Assembly: GCA_030390025.1 (NCBI GenBank)
Contig: CM059432.1
Location: 18,974,001 to 19,038,000, forward strand
DNA length: 64,000 bases
Source of the DNA: Squalus acanthias
Lineage: Eukaryota
Reading direction: 5' to 3'
Part shown: positions 12,042 through 24,779 of the stretch, one piece after another
Layout of the letters: every line of letters begins with the position of its first letter
How positions within the stretch are numbered: position 1 is the first letter of the stretch
Translations under genes and position numbers: made by a program
Notes under the pieces: generated by a model
Seen by the model: only the letters and a program-made list of their open reading frames with translations
Database searches by the model: none
What the model was told of the DNA's origin: nothing

Positions 12042-12892
12042 TTTCTTTCTCTATTTATTGAATTGCTGAATTAATATGAGAGCCTGCCATACATTGAATT
12101 TTCAACTTAAAAAAAATAATGAAGCTGATCCAAAGGATAATCCTGATCCCGGCACAGTGATTGCACACGTTGATCGGCCTGAGTGACACGCTGTAGAACT
12201 GGAAATCAGTAGCCAAACACCATCGACACTCTTTGTAGCATCTGCTCGTATTCCCATTACTCAGTGAAAGTCACAGAGAACAAATCCTGTCAGAACGCTG
12301 TCTGCCAGGAGAGATTAGACTCTGATGGAACTCCATCTTTTTCATGATAGAGTGCTGCAAGGGGGGGAAAAAAACAACAACCATCCATCCAATTGCAATT
12401 TCATGAGATCCATGACAAATTGCACTTAACACACACACACACCGTGCACTGTTGTGGAGGCACGAGTTGACTAGCAGAAGTTATTTGAGAAAGAATAACC
12501 CTGAGGAGCTAAGTAACTCAGACTCGATCAGTAAAGTCCTCCAAACATTAAACATCTTCCAGTCTTTACAAATATTCTTAGAAAGAACCTTTAGAGATGA
12601 CAGCTGTTAGTTTATTTTAAGCAAGAGGGGATGGTGTCTATGTCAGAAGCAAATGGCATACTGTTTTCTTGAAGTTAAAAATAAAGGTTATTTCCCATTG
12701 CTATATGATTGATAGTTCGCAAATAAATTTCCTTTCAAAATTATTTCTAAACTGTGGGAACATGCAGACGTAAATCATAATGCAATGATGGAATTACTGT
12801 TTCCGTATTTAAAAATGAATTGGAGAGTATGTTAATAGAGAGTTTACTTTCACATATCTGCTTTGATGCAAAGCAGCGTGATGTTGAGCGTA

Positions 12893-14170
12893 CATAGAAA
12901 CATAGAAACATAGAAAGATAGGAGCAGGAGTAGGCCATTCGGCCCCTCGAGCCTGCTCCGCCATTCGATGAGATCATGGCTGATCATCCAAACTCAGTAC
13001 CCTGTACCTGCCTTCTCCCCATATCACTTGATACCTTTAGCTTTAAGAAATATATCTAACTCATTCTTGAATATATTTAATGACTTGGCCTCAACTACCT
13101 TCTGTGGTAAAGAATTCCACAGGTTCACCACTCTCTGGGTGAAGAAATTCTTCCTCATTTCTGTCCTAAATGGCTTACCCGTTATCCTTAGATTATGATC
13201 CCTGGTTCTGGACTCTCCGACCATCGGGAACATTCTTCCTGCATCTAGTTTGTCCAGACCTGTCAGAATGTTATATGTTTCGATGAGATCCCCTCTAATT
13301 CTTCTATACTCCAGCGAGTATAAGCCCAATCGACCCAATCTCTCCTCATATGTCATTCCTGCCATCCCAGGTATCAGCCTTGTGAATCTTCGCTGAACTC
13401 CTTCCATGGCAAGAACATCCTTCCTCAGAAAAGGCTACAAAATTGCACACAGTACTCAAGGTGTGGTCTCACCAAGGCCCTGTACAACTGCAGCAGGACA
13501 TCCCTGTTCCTATACTCAAACCCTTTCGCTATGAAGGCCAACATACCATTTGCCTTCTTCACCGCCTGCTGCACCTGCATGCTTACCTTCAGCGACTGGT
13601 GCACAAAGACACCCAGGTCTCGTTGCACTTCCCCTTCTCCCAATCTATTGCCATTCAGATAATAGTCTGCCTTTCTGTTTTTGACACCAAAGTGGATAAC
13701 CTCGCATTTATCCACATTATATTGCATCTGCCACACTTCTGCCCACTCATCCAACCTGTCCAAATCATCCTGGAGTTTCTCGGTATCCTCCTCGCAGCAC
13801 ACACGCCCACCCAGCTTTGTGTCATCTGCAAACTTGGAGATATTACATTTAGTTCCCTTATCTAGATCATTAATGTATATTGTGAATAGTTGGGGTCCAA
13901 GGACCGATCCCTGCGGTACCCCACTAGTCACTGCCTGCCACTCGGAAAAAGACCCATTAATTCCTACTCTCTGCTTTCTGTCTGCCAACCAGTTCTCTAT
14001 CCAAGTCAATACCTTGCCCCCAATCCCATGTGCCTTAACTTTACACGCTAATCTCTTATGCGGGACCTTATCGAAAGCCTTTTGAAAGTCCAAATACACC
14101 ACATCGACTGGTTCTCCCTTATCTATTCTATCAGTTACATCCTCAAAAAATTCCAGTAGATTAGTCAAGC
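12893..14170 (-). mobile_element. 5'-truncated CR1 LINE
   Basis: ORFs 13425-14168 and 13024-13407 (RT with KFADDTK); (CTATGTTT)n tail. Confidence 0.95.
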
Positions 14171-14507
14171 GTAAGTTGGTTTTTGATTAAGTTAGTTCAG
14201 AAATGCTCCAACATTTCCGATACCTCAATGAGCAGCTAAGTTGTCGTTCAGAATGTAGATGACCAAGTTATTTAAGTTGAACAAATATTTGAGCCATCGG
14301 GTCAGATAAGTATTAACCTGGAACTAGTCGCCTTCACTCGACTGTTAGGGAGCATGTCAGATATTCTTTAAACATTAAAAAAATGCCTTTATTTTCCCAG
14401 GAGCCTACCACAGGGTCAGGGGATTGCAGCCGCAGAAACTATCAATCTGTGGAGCAATGACTTAGACTGCAAGAATTTCATTGCTATACACTTTCTTTTT
14501 TGGAAAA

Positions 14508-14965
14508 AAGAAAGACTTGCATTTATATAGCACCTTTCACGACCACCGGACGTCCCAAAGCACTTTACAGTCAATGGAGTACTTTTTGGAGTGCAGTCAC
14601 TGTTGTAATGTAGGAAACGCGGCAGCCAATTTGCGCACAGCAAGATCACACAAACAGCAATGTGATAATAACCAGATAATCTGTTTTTTGATTGAGGGAT
14701 AAATATTGGCCAGGACACCGGGGAGAACTCCCCTGCTCTTCTTCGAAATAGTGCCATGGGATCTTTTACATCCACTTGAGAGAGCCGACGGGGCCTCGGT
14801 TTAACGTCTCATCCGAAAGACAGCACCTCCGACAGTGCAGCACTCCCTCAGTACTGCACTGGAGTGTCAGCCTAGATTTTTGTGCTCAAGTTCTGGAGTG
14901 GGACTTGAACCCACAACCTTCTGACTCAGAGGCGAGGGTGCTACCCACGTAGCCACGGCTGACAC
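14508..14965 (-). mobile_element. Near full-length DeuSINE/SacSINE1-like SINE
   Basis: tRNA head with B box gggttcaagtccc, Deu core, L2-like tail ending tataaatgcaagtctttcttt. Confidence 0.85.
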
Positions 14966-15229
14966 TAAAAGGAATAAAAGACAACTATGCAGCTTTCTTC
15001 TGCAGAACATTTCAGGGACTGAAGTGTGTATCATGCAAGAGACTTTACTGCCATATTTGTCTATGACTTAGTTTGAACAATCTCTAATCAATCTATCATC
15101 ATTCTGATCTAATTTATTATACACTCAAAAGCAACATTACTATTAGATGAACGCATGAAAAGAGGCCCATCTATGCTCAAGCTATCCATTAGACAGGGAA
15201 ACCTCACATCACTGTTTCCAATCAGTGGT

Positions 15230-15580
15230 TACCTCTGACACATTGCTAATTGAATTGATAGGTTAGATAGAGAAAAACTATTTCCTCTGGTGGGGAGTCC
15301 AGAACAAAGGGGCATAACCTTAAAATTAGAGCTAGGCCGCTCAGGAGTGATGTCAGGAACCACTTCTTCACACACAGTGTAGTAGAAATCTGGAACTCTA
15401 TGCCCCAAAATGCTGTTGAGGCTGAGGGTCAATTGAAAATGTCAGTACTGAGATTGATAGATTTTTGTTAGGCAAGGGTATTAAGGGTTACAGAACCAAG
15501 GCGGGTAGATCATGATCTAATTGAATAGAGGAACTGACTAGAGGGGCTGAATGACCTACTCCTGTTCCTATGTTCCTAAA
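15230..15580 (+). mobile_element. Old CR1 3' fragment
   Basis: ttcctctggtggggagtccagaac...tggaactct...(CTATGTTC) tail. Confidence 0.75.
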
Positions 15581-15699
15581 TGTACTTAACTAACCCGCCC
15601 CATCTCTCCAATATGACCTGAGATTTGTAGGACCACACAAAACTGGAAAAGACCATGGGCATACAGCATGATGGCGGACACCCGCTCCCTGTATTAACA

Positions 15700-18600
15700 G
15701 GCGTGGAGGCCTGAGGTATATTGAAGAACTAGGCATCTACAGTATCTATGCCATTAGCGGCAATGCAAGCAGTTGTGAGAAAGACTTCCATACAAAACTT
15801 TTGATCAATGACCAATATATTGATATGTGTATCGACACGGCGGTGGACTGCTCTATCATGAGCAAGGACACATATGAGAGTAAGTTTAATCAAGTACCAC
15901 TTACAAAGAGTACCGTAGAGTTAAAAACCTACTCCGGAGAAATCCAAGAAACATGTGGACAAATGGAATGTACAGAACAACAGAATGGCCAGTCAGTAAA
16001 GCTGCCTATTATTGTAGTGAGCTACAACAACAGGCCAACTCTCATGGGCAAAGACTTGTTGAGAAAGTTAAAATGGGACTGGAAAAACATCTTCAGTGTA
16101 AATGCTTCAAAGAAGTGACGCGACACAATGCTGAACAAGTATGAAAGCATGTTCTCAGACAGTTATGAGGGCATCACTGGGTATGACACATATATCCGCA
16201 TCAAGTCCAATGCGAAGCCTGTCTATTATAAGGCAAGGCTGGTCCCCTATGCGTTGAAAAGTCAGGTGGAGGAAGAGCTAGAGAAGCTCAGAGAGAACAT
16301 AGTGCTAGTAAAAACTGACAAAAGTGAATGGGCTACCCCGATCGTGGTAGTGTCCAAAGCAGACAAAACTGTACGCTTGTGCGGTGACTACAAAGTTACT
16401 ATCAACCAAGCAGTTGACGATGAGCAGTACCTGCTACCTACATGGCAAGATTTGTATGCAGCCCTCTCGGGTCAAAGGTTTTCTCCAAGCTTGATCTATC
16501 GCATCCTTACGCTCAGCTGAATATTGAGAAAGAGAGTCAACAGTATCTCACCATCAACATGCACAAGGGACTGTACTCATACACCAAGCTGCCGTATGGT
16601 GTAAAGTCCTCCCCCAAAATCTTCCAGGCTACGATGGATTAGATTTTGCAAGGAGTTCCAAATTGCTTATGCAATCAAGATGATGTGCTGATCGCTACAA
16701 GCAGCGAGGAAGAACATCTAGAAGTGTTAGATTTAGTGCTTCAAAGGTTGAATTCCCACAATGTCAAATTGAAAAGGAGCAAATGTGCTTTTGTGCAGCC
16801 CGAGGTTGTGTATCTTGGTCTGAAAGTTGATGCAAATGGCTTGCAACCAGTGAAGGAAAAGGTTGATGCTGTCATCAATGCTCCAAAGCCACAGAACGTG
16901 TCTGAGTTAAGATCTTTCCTTGGAATGGTCCAGTACTGCACATGTTTCTTACCTGAGTTAGCGACCATGTTCGCTCCATTGCACGAGCTCCTCAAGAAGG
17001 ATGTCCAGTGGAAGTGGATGAAAGCACAACAGGAAGCTTACGACGCTTGTAAGAGAAGTTTCTCTTGCGATGCTCTACTTGTGCACTACGACACAGAGCT
17101 TGAGCTTAAGTTAGCGTGTGATTCTTCAAGCTATGTTTTGGGAGCTGTCATAAACCACGTAATGGATGACGGCCAAGAGAAACCAATCGCGTTCGCATCG
17201 CGAACCCTCACAAAGAGCGAAAGAAACTACGTGCAAATTGAAAAGGACGCACTCGCCATAGTGTTTGGAATCAAGAAAATTCAACAGTTCCTCATCGGCA
17301 GAAAGTTTACCCTGATAACTGATCACAAACCGCTCCTAGTAATATTGGAGCCCAAATCTGCCATCCCTGCAATGGCCGAATCAAGAATGCAACGTTAGGC
17401 AGTGTTGTTGTCACAATATGACTACACGATTGAATATCGTACTTCAAAGCAAAATGCAATCACAGATGCCTTGTCTAGGTTGCCACATGAGGACTCGTGT
17501 GTTGGGAGTGAAGGTGCGATTTTCAAATAGGTGCAGTTGACAAAGACTTTCCCGTGAATGCAACTGAGATTGCAGATGAGACTCAAAAGGACTCATTACT
17601 GAAAAGAGTGTATGAAAACACCTTGAATGGATGGACTGATCAGTGTCTGGACACAGAATTGAAACCATCCCATAACCGTCGTGCTGAATTGTCTTGTGAG
17701 CAAGGTTGTATCAAGTGGGGAAACAGAGTGGTGGTACCTACTTCCTTGAGAGATAGAATTCTGGCCGAACTTCATCCTGAACATCCTGTGATCGTCAGCA
17801 TGAAATCAATTGCAAGAAGCTTTGTTTACTGGCCTGGATTGGACAGTGATCTTGAATCACTTGTTCGCAAATGCAACGTTCGCCAAAATTGCAGAAGCAA
17901 ACCACCCAAAACTCCACTACAACCCTGGTCATGGCCAAGTAGACCTTTTCAGAGAGTACATGTAGACTTCTGTGAGAAAGCAAATGATTATTTCCTGGTA
18001 CTTGTAGATAGTCACTCAAAATGAATTGAAGTGTAACACATGGGTTCAAGTACTATAACTGAACGTACCATAGATGAGTTGAGGTCTATCTTTGCATGTC
18101 ATGGCTTACCCGAAAAGCTTGTTTCTGACAATGGCCCTCAGTTCCATTCTGCTCTATTCCAAGAATTCATGAAATGGAACAATATCAAACACACTCTCGT
18201 TCCACCATATCATCCAGCTTCAAACGGAGCAGCCGAAAGGTCAGTCAGAATAGTGAAAGAAGCTCTCAAAAAGCAAGTGTTTCAGGGTTGTTCAGGACTC
18301 AGCATGAAGCAACATTTGGCAAATGTTTGGCTGAAGTGCAGAGCTACTCCGCACACTACAACTGGATATACCCCAGCAGAACTCTTGATGAAGAGGAGAT
18401 TGAGAACACGATGGAGTCTTGTTCAACCAAATTTGAACAGAAACAGTTGAGTCAGAAACGTTATAATGACACCAATCAGAAAAAACGCAGTTTAAAAAAA
18501 AAACGAGAGTGTTCGTGTTCTCAGTCCCCCTGGAAAGTCAAGGTCACACAAGTGGGATGTAGGAACTATAGTAGAGGTTGGTGGAACTAAGATATTTGGT

Positions 18601-18886
18601 TGAAATTGGTGACAAAATCCAAAGTGTTCATGGAGATCAAATGATCTTTGCTAGAGATGAACCAAGACGTGATCTTGAACCACTTGATCATGAACACATT
18701 CATGAGTTTGACTCCGTTCAGACCTCAGTAACTGAAGTACCAGGTTCAAACAAGTCTGAGATAGAAACAGGATCATCTTTGAGTTCGGAACCAAAACAAA
18801 ACAGCCCAAAAATTGGTTCAACACCAAAACCTTCTGAAAGGAGATCAGGAAGGCTCCGCAAACCTGTTATTAAACTGGATTTGTAG
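15700..18886 (+). pseudogene. Decayed Ty3/Gypsy retrotransposon pol (PR-RT-RNaseH-IN)
   Basis: PR CIDTAVDCSI; RT WATPIVVV, LCGDYKVTIN, LPYGV, NQDDVLI; RH LACDSSSY, TDHKPL; IN HPEHP..C, VHVDF, SDNGPQF, SNGAAERSV. Many stops and frameshifts. Confidence 0.92.
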
Positions 18887-18988
18887 TTCATTTAAAATAA
18901 AAAAAGCCAGGAGTTTTTGTTATGTGGTGCATGTAATGCTGGGAAAGGTGGGACCATAGTTTTGTTGTATTTGAGAGGGAAACATGTA

Positions 18989-19881
18989 GGGGTAAAAATT
19001 CAGTTGGTTGCGCCTCCCGTTAGCGCCTTAAGAGGGCGCTAATGGGGCGCAAAGCCGCTAACGCCCGGGTGCAGCGATGTTTGCGCCGCTCGGGAACTTA
19101 ACTTGACATTGTGCGGCGGCGCTAAACTTTACCGCTGCGACCACCTGCGCGCGCAGATTGTGACGTCATTCCATGGTGCAACGCCCTTGTGGCGCCCCGG
19201 AGCGGAAATTGAGTGGCGCCCCCTGCCTTACCGCCTGGCGCATCCAACGACCAGCAGACTGGAACGCTATCAATCGCTGTGGGGCTGGGGGGGGCGCTAT
19301 TTAAAGGGGGCCTCTTCCTGCCTTTTATTGTTGGTGGCATTTTTGAACTACGCATTCTGAGAGAGAGAGGGAGAGACTTCTGGAGAGATTCAACGTTGTG
19401 TGAAGGAGTTTTGGGTACTGAGCAGCACTTTGCAGGTTCATTTTGATTTGCCATTCCTTGTATCGATTTAGCAGAGACTGTGGGAGCTGCACTCTGCGCT
19501 CTTTTCCTGGTACTCTCCATTGTTCTTTCCAGCACATTTGATGTGCAAGTCTCTCCAGGCCGAGATTCAAGGCTGCAATGAACAGGATGTGGATGGAAAG
19601 CAAGATTAACCATCCCCTTTAAGAACTGGCCCGTGCCATTGTGTGTGTGTTCCATTGCTGACTGACATTACATGAGCTTCACCAGCGCTCTGAGTTAGCG
19701 CCTCACTCCTTGGCCTTTGCGCCTTAAGACAGGTGTGCAGCGCCTGATTTAGAGCTCCACTCACCTCCCGGGGCGGTAAAAGTGAAGTTTCCAGTCAGTG
19801 CCGATAATTAGCGCCAGGCGCTAATATTTGCGTCCAGACGATATTTGCGCCCCAAATGGGGCGCGACCTAATTTTTACCCC
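18989..19881. mobile_element. Non-autonomous PIF/Harbinger-like element (893 bp)
   Basis: TIRs GGGGTAAAAATT...AATTTTTACCCC, 3-bp TSD GTA; colinear with 37940-38841. Confidence 0.85.
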
Positions 19882-19893
19882 GTACTTTTTTTT

Positions 19894-20032
19894 AAAGGGG
19901 AAAGTAGCATAATGTATTATCTCATGATTTGGTATGAGCATGCTCAGTTCGCTCTGGCCTAATAAAGCAAGCACATGGACTCGCAACTCATCCTGTCGCT
20001 GTCCTTCAATTGTTCTACCCAAGTATATTACA
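19894..20032 (+). mobile_element. Probable polypurine tract and short 3' LTR of the Gypsy element
   Basis: AAAGGGGAAAG (19894-19904), AATAAA at 19961, end ...ATTACA. I found no matching 5' LTR. Confidence 0.45.
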
Positions 20033-20239
20033 CCCTTCAATCGACACGCCTTCCCACTTGAAATTTACAACATTCTGCGCTTCAGTTCATGAACAATCGG
20101 TGAGTGGTAAAATATTTCTTGAAGTGTACTGGCACCAAGCTGCACAGGGAATCCAGAACACATCCATTCTATCAAAAATAGCCTTTAAAATAAATTCAGC
20201 AAATAAACTTTTACTGATAACATATTTTCTACATGCACC

Positions 20240-20548
20240 GTTAAAGTCTCCGCTTTGGGCGCAATCGACGATCCGGGCTCAGATTGCACCTAAAATTGCA
20301 CCCATTTTGAGAAGTGTTTTTTTTCCCCCGCGAGTCCCCACTCAAATGCATTTGCATATTGCAAGTTTTGTGGGCAGGCCAGGCTCCTAGCGCGATGTTA
20401 TTTAAACTAGCGCAAACGATTGCGGAAATTCGATTTGCACTGAACATAATTTGCGTTTAAAATTCCACAAATCTTTTGCGCGGGTTATGCCGATTTCGGG
20501 CAAATGGCGCCGAAAAAACCAGCCCAACCGAGCAGAATCGCTACCCCA
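20240..20548. mobile_element. Internally deleted copy of the 6190-7239 MITE family
   Basis: The left part is the reverse complement of 7140-7235 and the right part of 6190-6350; ends ...CTACCCC. Confidence 0.7.
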
Positions 20549-21384
20549 TAAAAGTTACCTAAACTCTCAGCTGTATTGTTCTCCCTTTGAAAAACTGAAA
20601 GTGTCGCAAAATCATAAACATGTTTATAAAGGACCGGTGTATAATTTTGCCACAGCCAGTGAACAGCAGAAATCTCCCAATTGAGTAAATGATAGCATTC
20701 CCATTGCAAAATAATTTTGTTTAATTTTAAAATATAACACATGTAGTTATCATTCCTTTCCATATTTAATATCATATAAGCTTTGCCATTTGCTGTGGAT
20801 CATGTAAGAGTGTCCTGTATTTTTCAATCTATCATTCAAATCAAATAGTCAGGGTGAATGAATCAGAGCTGCTGTAATAATCTTTTTGATTGAATTCGAA
20901 TAAAATTTGATGAGTGAGGAGATTTTGAGGCCTCCTGGCCTGGTGGAAACGGAACAGTACCACCTCAAAAATGGTGGGGTGTGACTTACTGTCCCATTCC
21001 TGCCGATGCTATCTTCCCACGGGCCTACCGTGGGGTGGCTGGAGCACCTGCCTGAGCCCTTTTAAAATGAAAAGTTGAGTCCTGTGATATACAGCGGAGC
21101 AGGTTGTTTTTGTGGAGCCCGGAAGAACAATCTTGCTCCTCCAGGCCCCGCGAAAATAAATTAAAACCTACCCTCTTGGCCGCACCAGCAGCTGAAACTG
21201 GGCATGGCCTGCACGGCGCACATTGTATCCGAAAATGGCAATCGGAGTCCTATGTATGTTATTAAAAGGGCCTACCGCCTGGAGATGGAGAAAGGTAGGT
21301 TGAAGGGGTTTTTGAATGATGGGCACATGTGGGCCTGCATCAGGCAAGATCCAGAGTTCAGGTGCTGCCTAGTCAGCAGAGTAT

Positions 21385-22070
21385 CACCGGACATACAAAC
21401 ATATGAACAATGACAGGCAGAAGAAAACCCACTGGTCTATACAGCCCGTCCCACACAAATGTGATGTCTTGAGCATAACAATACATACGCTCTCCACCCC
21501 TTCCCGAAAGCCATGTAATTTCCTGGGAGAGGTGAAAAGTCAGATAAAAACCCAGGCCAGTTAGGGAAAAGGATCTGGAAAATTCCTCTCCAACCCCCTT
21601 AGATGATCGAAACTAGTCCAGGAGACCACTCTGGTTCTGATTAATGTTATACAGTACCTACTTCTGGTCCGAGGTGATCTCCGCCGCAGTCAGAAACAAG
21701 TCCAACTCTTGCTTGAAGGAACTCAGCGAAACAGCGTTCATCACACGAGCTGGCAGCCTGTTTCACTACTCTCTGGAAAAGAACCTCCTACTAACATCTA
21801 ACCTAGTTCTGTATTTACATAACTTGAGATTGTGACTCTTCTACACAAACACAATCTAGTTCCTTCATTGTCTTATAAACCTCGATCAAATCAATCCTAA
21901 GTCTACGCTTCTCCAAACTGTAGAGCCCCAGATCTTTGAACCTATCTTGGTAAGTAAGATGCATTAAACTGGGAATTAATCTTGTGGCCCTCCTCTGTAC
22001 CCTTTTCAAAGTGTCAATATTACCCCTCATGTGAGGAGGCCAAAACTGTATTCTAACTGAGGTCTAACCA
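21385..22070 (-). mobile_element. Old CR1-type LINE 3' fragment
   Basis: LKRVQRRATRLIP...LGLYSLEKRRLRIDLIEVYK. Confidence 0.8.
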
Positions 22071-22937
22071 ATAGGCATATCTAGGACAAGCATAGAACAA
22101 CAGTTATAATGTTTTTGAACTGCCAACAACCAGAAGCAAAAAGGATGGGGTGAATTAGGTGCAGACAGCCTGTTATTATAAGAATGCTCATATTTTTGCA
22201 AGGATTATAAGGCACTTGATAGAATAGAGAAAGTAAACCAAAAAATTACTTCCAAGAACTTATATATTCAGGTTCAGGGTTGTGAAGGCAAATTTAGGGC
22301 AGATATCAGGAAGTAGTTTCTTTTTACATTGAAGGTGATCAACAGCTGGAACTGGTTGCTAGGGAGGATGGTTGAGGCTGGGATACTGGACTGATTTAAG
22401 AAACATCTGGATGCTGTGTGGTAAGACTGTAGAGTTGGTATTCTAGCAGGATGAGATCAAATGCACTGAAAGGCCCAGTTCATCCAACTCTGCCGGATGA
22501 ATTGGTGACATCCTGGAGAAACGTTGCTGCTGTCCGCAGTGACTTCTCTGCTTCTACAGGCTAATCATCGTCGGCCTCTTTGTTTTCCTCCTGGATCATG
22601 GCTTCTGGCTGTTCTTATCCACAGTCAAGCATATGCCACTTTTCATGGCTATGCTCTACATCGTGCAGCACACCATATGTTGCAAAGCATCCCTGGTATG
22701 GTCCTGACATCTGGCTGTTGTTTAAACAACAGCATGTGTTGTGCTCCGGGTGCGGATTTTGATTTATTGGGCTTTTCCTACACTCTGTGGCGAGCAGATG
22801 GAACATTATAAGTACTTAAGTTTACTTTGGTTTCTCTGTCAATATATACACTCTTATGCATTTGTGTATGAACACGTTGATGTAACATATCTTGCAAATC
22901 ATTACATTTATGATTAATATCGTACACGTCACTCATT

Positions 22938-23107
22938 GCGGTAGATTTTGATTTTGCGCGATAGTGTGAAACAGGTGACAGCGAATCGGCAGCCCGTTTT
23001 ATATCTCTCCCGATATTTCTCTCTCAATAGTAACGAAAATCTGGAGAGATGTATAATGGGCGATATCGCCCGGTTTACACTATTGCCCAAAGTCAAAATT
23101 ACCCCCA
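22938..23107. mobile_element. Small palindromic MITE
   Basis: Imperfect arms ggtagattttgattttgcgcgatagtgtgaaac / gtttacactattgcccaaagtcaaaattacc. Confidence 0.6.
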
Positions 23108-23460
23108 CAATGTGTGCACAATTTATCCTCCTGCGCTGTGCTCATTTTTCCTTAAATACATGGACTGGGGCAGAGTGATTTGGCCCACGTTCCTTCCTGT
23201 AGTTATTCTCTCTCCCATTTATGTACTTTATAAGATAATTTGTATGTGTTATTTTCACTTCGAATGCATTAGTTGCAATCTCTTTGCTAACATTTTTATG
23301 TGCATTGCTTTTTGTACGTATTTTGTAAAACTTTCCTTCCTGTCCATATACATCTTGTACTGATGCGTCACAGCGGTATCTGTGCTTACTTTTGTGCTGT
23401 CTCTTAAGGCAAACAACTTTGTCCAGACCTCCAACCAGATCCTCTCAAGTGCTGACATGG

Positions 23461-23952
23461 TGGAGTCGATTTTAACCCCGAACGGGTTCCGGGCAGGAGG
23501 AAAGTGGGGCAAGTGTAAAAACACACTACCTGGAAGTTTGAAGCCTGGGGTATTTGAACTCATTAACATGCCGCCAGTCATGTGGGAGGGAAGTGGGGGC
23601 AGGGGGAGTCCAGGATAGGAGAGGCCGCAACCTTCATTCTGCTCCTCCTGGCCCCACAATGGACAATTTTACATTTAGCTTGGAAGGCCTCTTCTGACTG
23701 AGAACCAGGTGCTTCAGCCTGGTAGGAAAGGTTCCCCGCTTAGACCCCAGTCTAAGTTCAATCAGTTTTCTTTTGTGCAATAAGACCCAGATTTGCATAA
23801 CTTCACCTCACCTGCCTGCAGAACCCTGCAGGTTAAAATGGGAAATGGAGCGACAGAGTCGGGTTTCGAGCAGGTAAGTGCAGTTCGAGCTCATTTTTAA
23901 CTGCCCGGCAGCCCGGTTTGCGCTGGGTGGGTAGGGTTAAAAATCGACCCCA
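23461..23952. mobile_element. MITE with ~18-bp TIRs
   Basis: TGGAGTCGATTTTAACCC ... GGGTTAAAAATCGACCCCA. Confidence 0.65.
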
Positions 23953-24779
23953 ATATTTACTTCTGCCAGTGAGAATTTGTCAACCTTGACACCTTCTTTA
24001 TTTATTTGAACTGATCAGCTCCTGCAGAATATCATCATTAATTCGGCTTTTACTCAGTTGCCACTCAGCCATTTTCAGCCAAAAACTGCTGCACTAACAA
24101 CTTTTTGACCATTCATTTGATTAAGTGGCTCATTAGCTACTTGAGAAGTGTGAAAGGATCATTACTGCTTATGCATAGTGATGAGCTCCTTTTTTATTTT
24201 GGTTACGAATAAAATAGCTTTCTCAGGAACTGCGCATGTGTCCCTATGATTTCACGAGTGGTTCATTTTAGTCAGTGGAAAAAACTGTAATTTCTCACAG
24301 TTTTTGTGGAAGAAGGAATATTGGACCCCTAGTTCTTTACACAGAACCAAGAAAATATATTCACCTCTTATCAACATCCTCCTCGGGGACTAAACTATAT
24401 TGGTCAAGTTGCCAATCCCATTTTTCTGAAGAAATGGCAGTGAAGTGATATCAGTGAATTTTTCTGGTTCAGTCATGACACCACGAAGTACTTCAATTAA
24501 GAGTTGAGCAACGAGGTAGCTTTATACTAAGAGTCACAGTCAGAAATGTGTAGGCAGATTTTTTTTTTTAAAAAGCAATAATGAAGCAGTCAGTGGATTT
24601 ACCTTTTACAATCTTTCTTTTCTCTTTTTTTTCCTAAGCCAAGCAGCATGTTGCCGAATCCAGGGGCATGCTTCATGCGGGATAATATTAGAGTTTGAAA
24701 TGCATTCATGTTATTGTCATTTGTCGTTGCCCCCTGATCCAAAAAATATAAGGGGTCATTTTGTGAGGTTTGCTAGATC

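Noticed and set aside
15580..15700. Possible 5' LTR/PBS of the Gypsy element (tggcggac)
   Set aside because: No match to the putative 3' LTR and gag is absent, so the boundary cannot be supported.
22500..22815. Plus-strand acceptor-like ttctctgcttctacag and overlapping short ORFs
   Set aside because: No convincing donor and no recognisable peptide in any frame.
23868..23882. Plus-strand CAGGTAAGT donors (also ~63602)
   Set aside because: They lie within transposon-derived sequence and have no matching acceptor.
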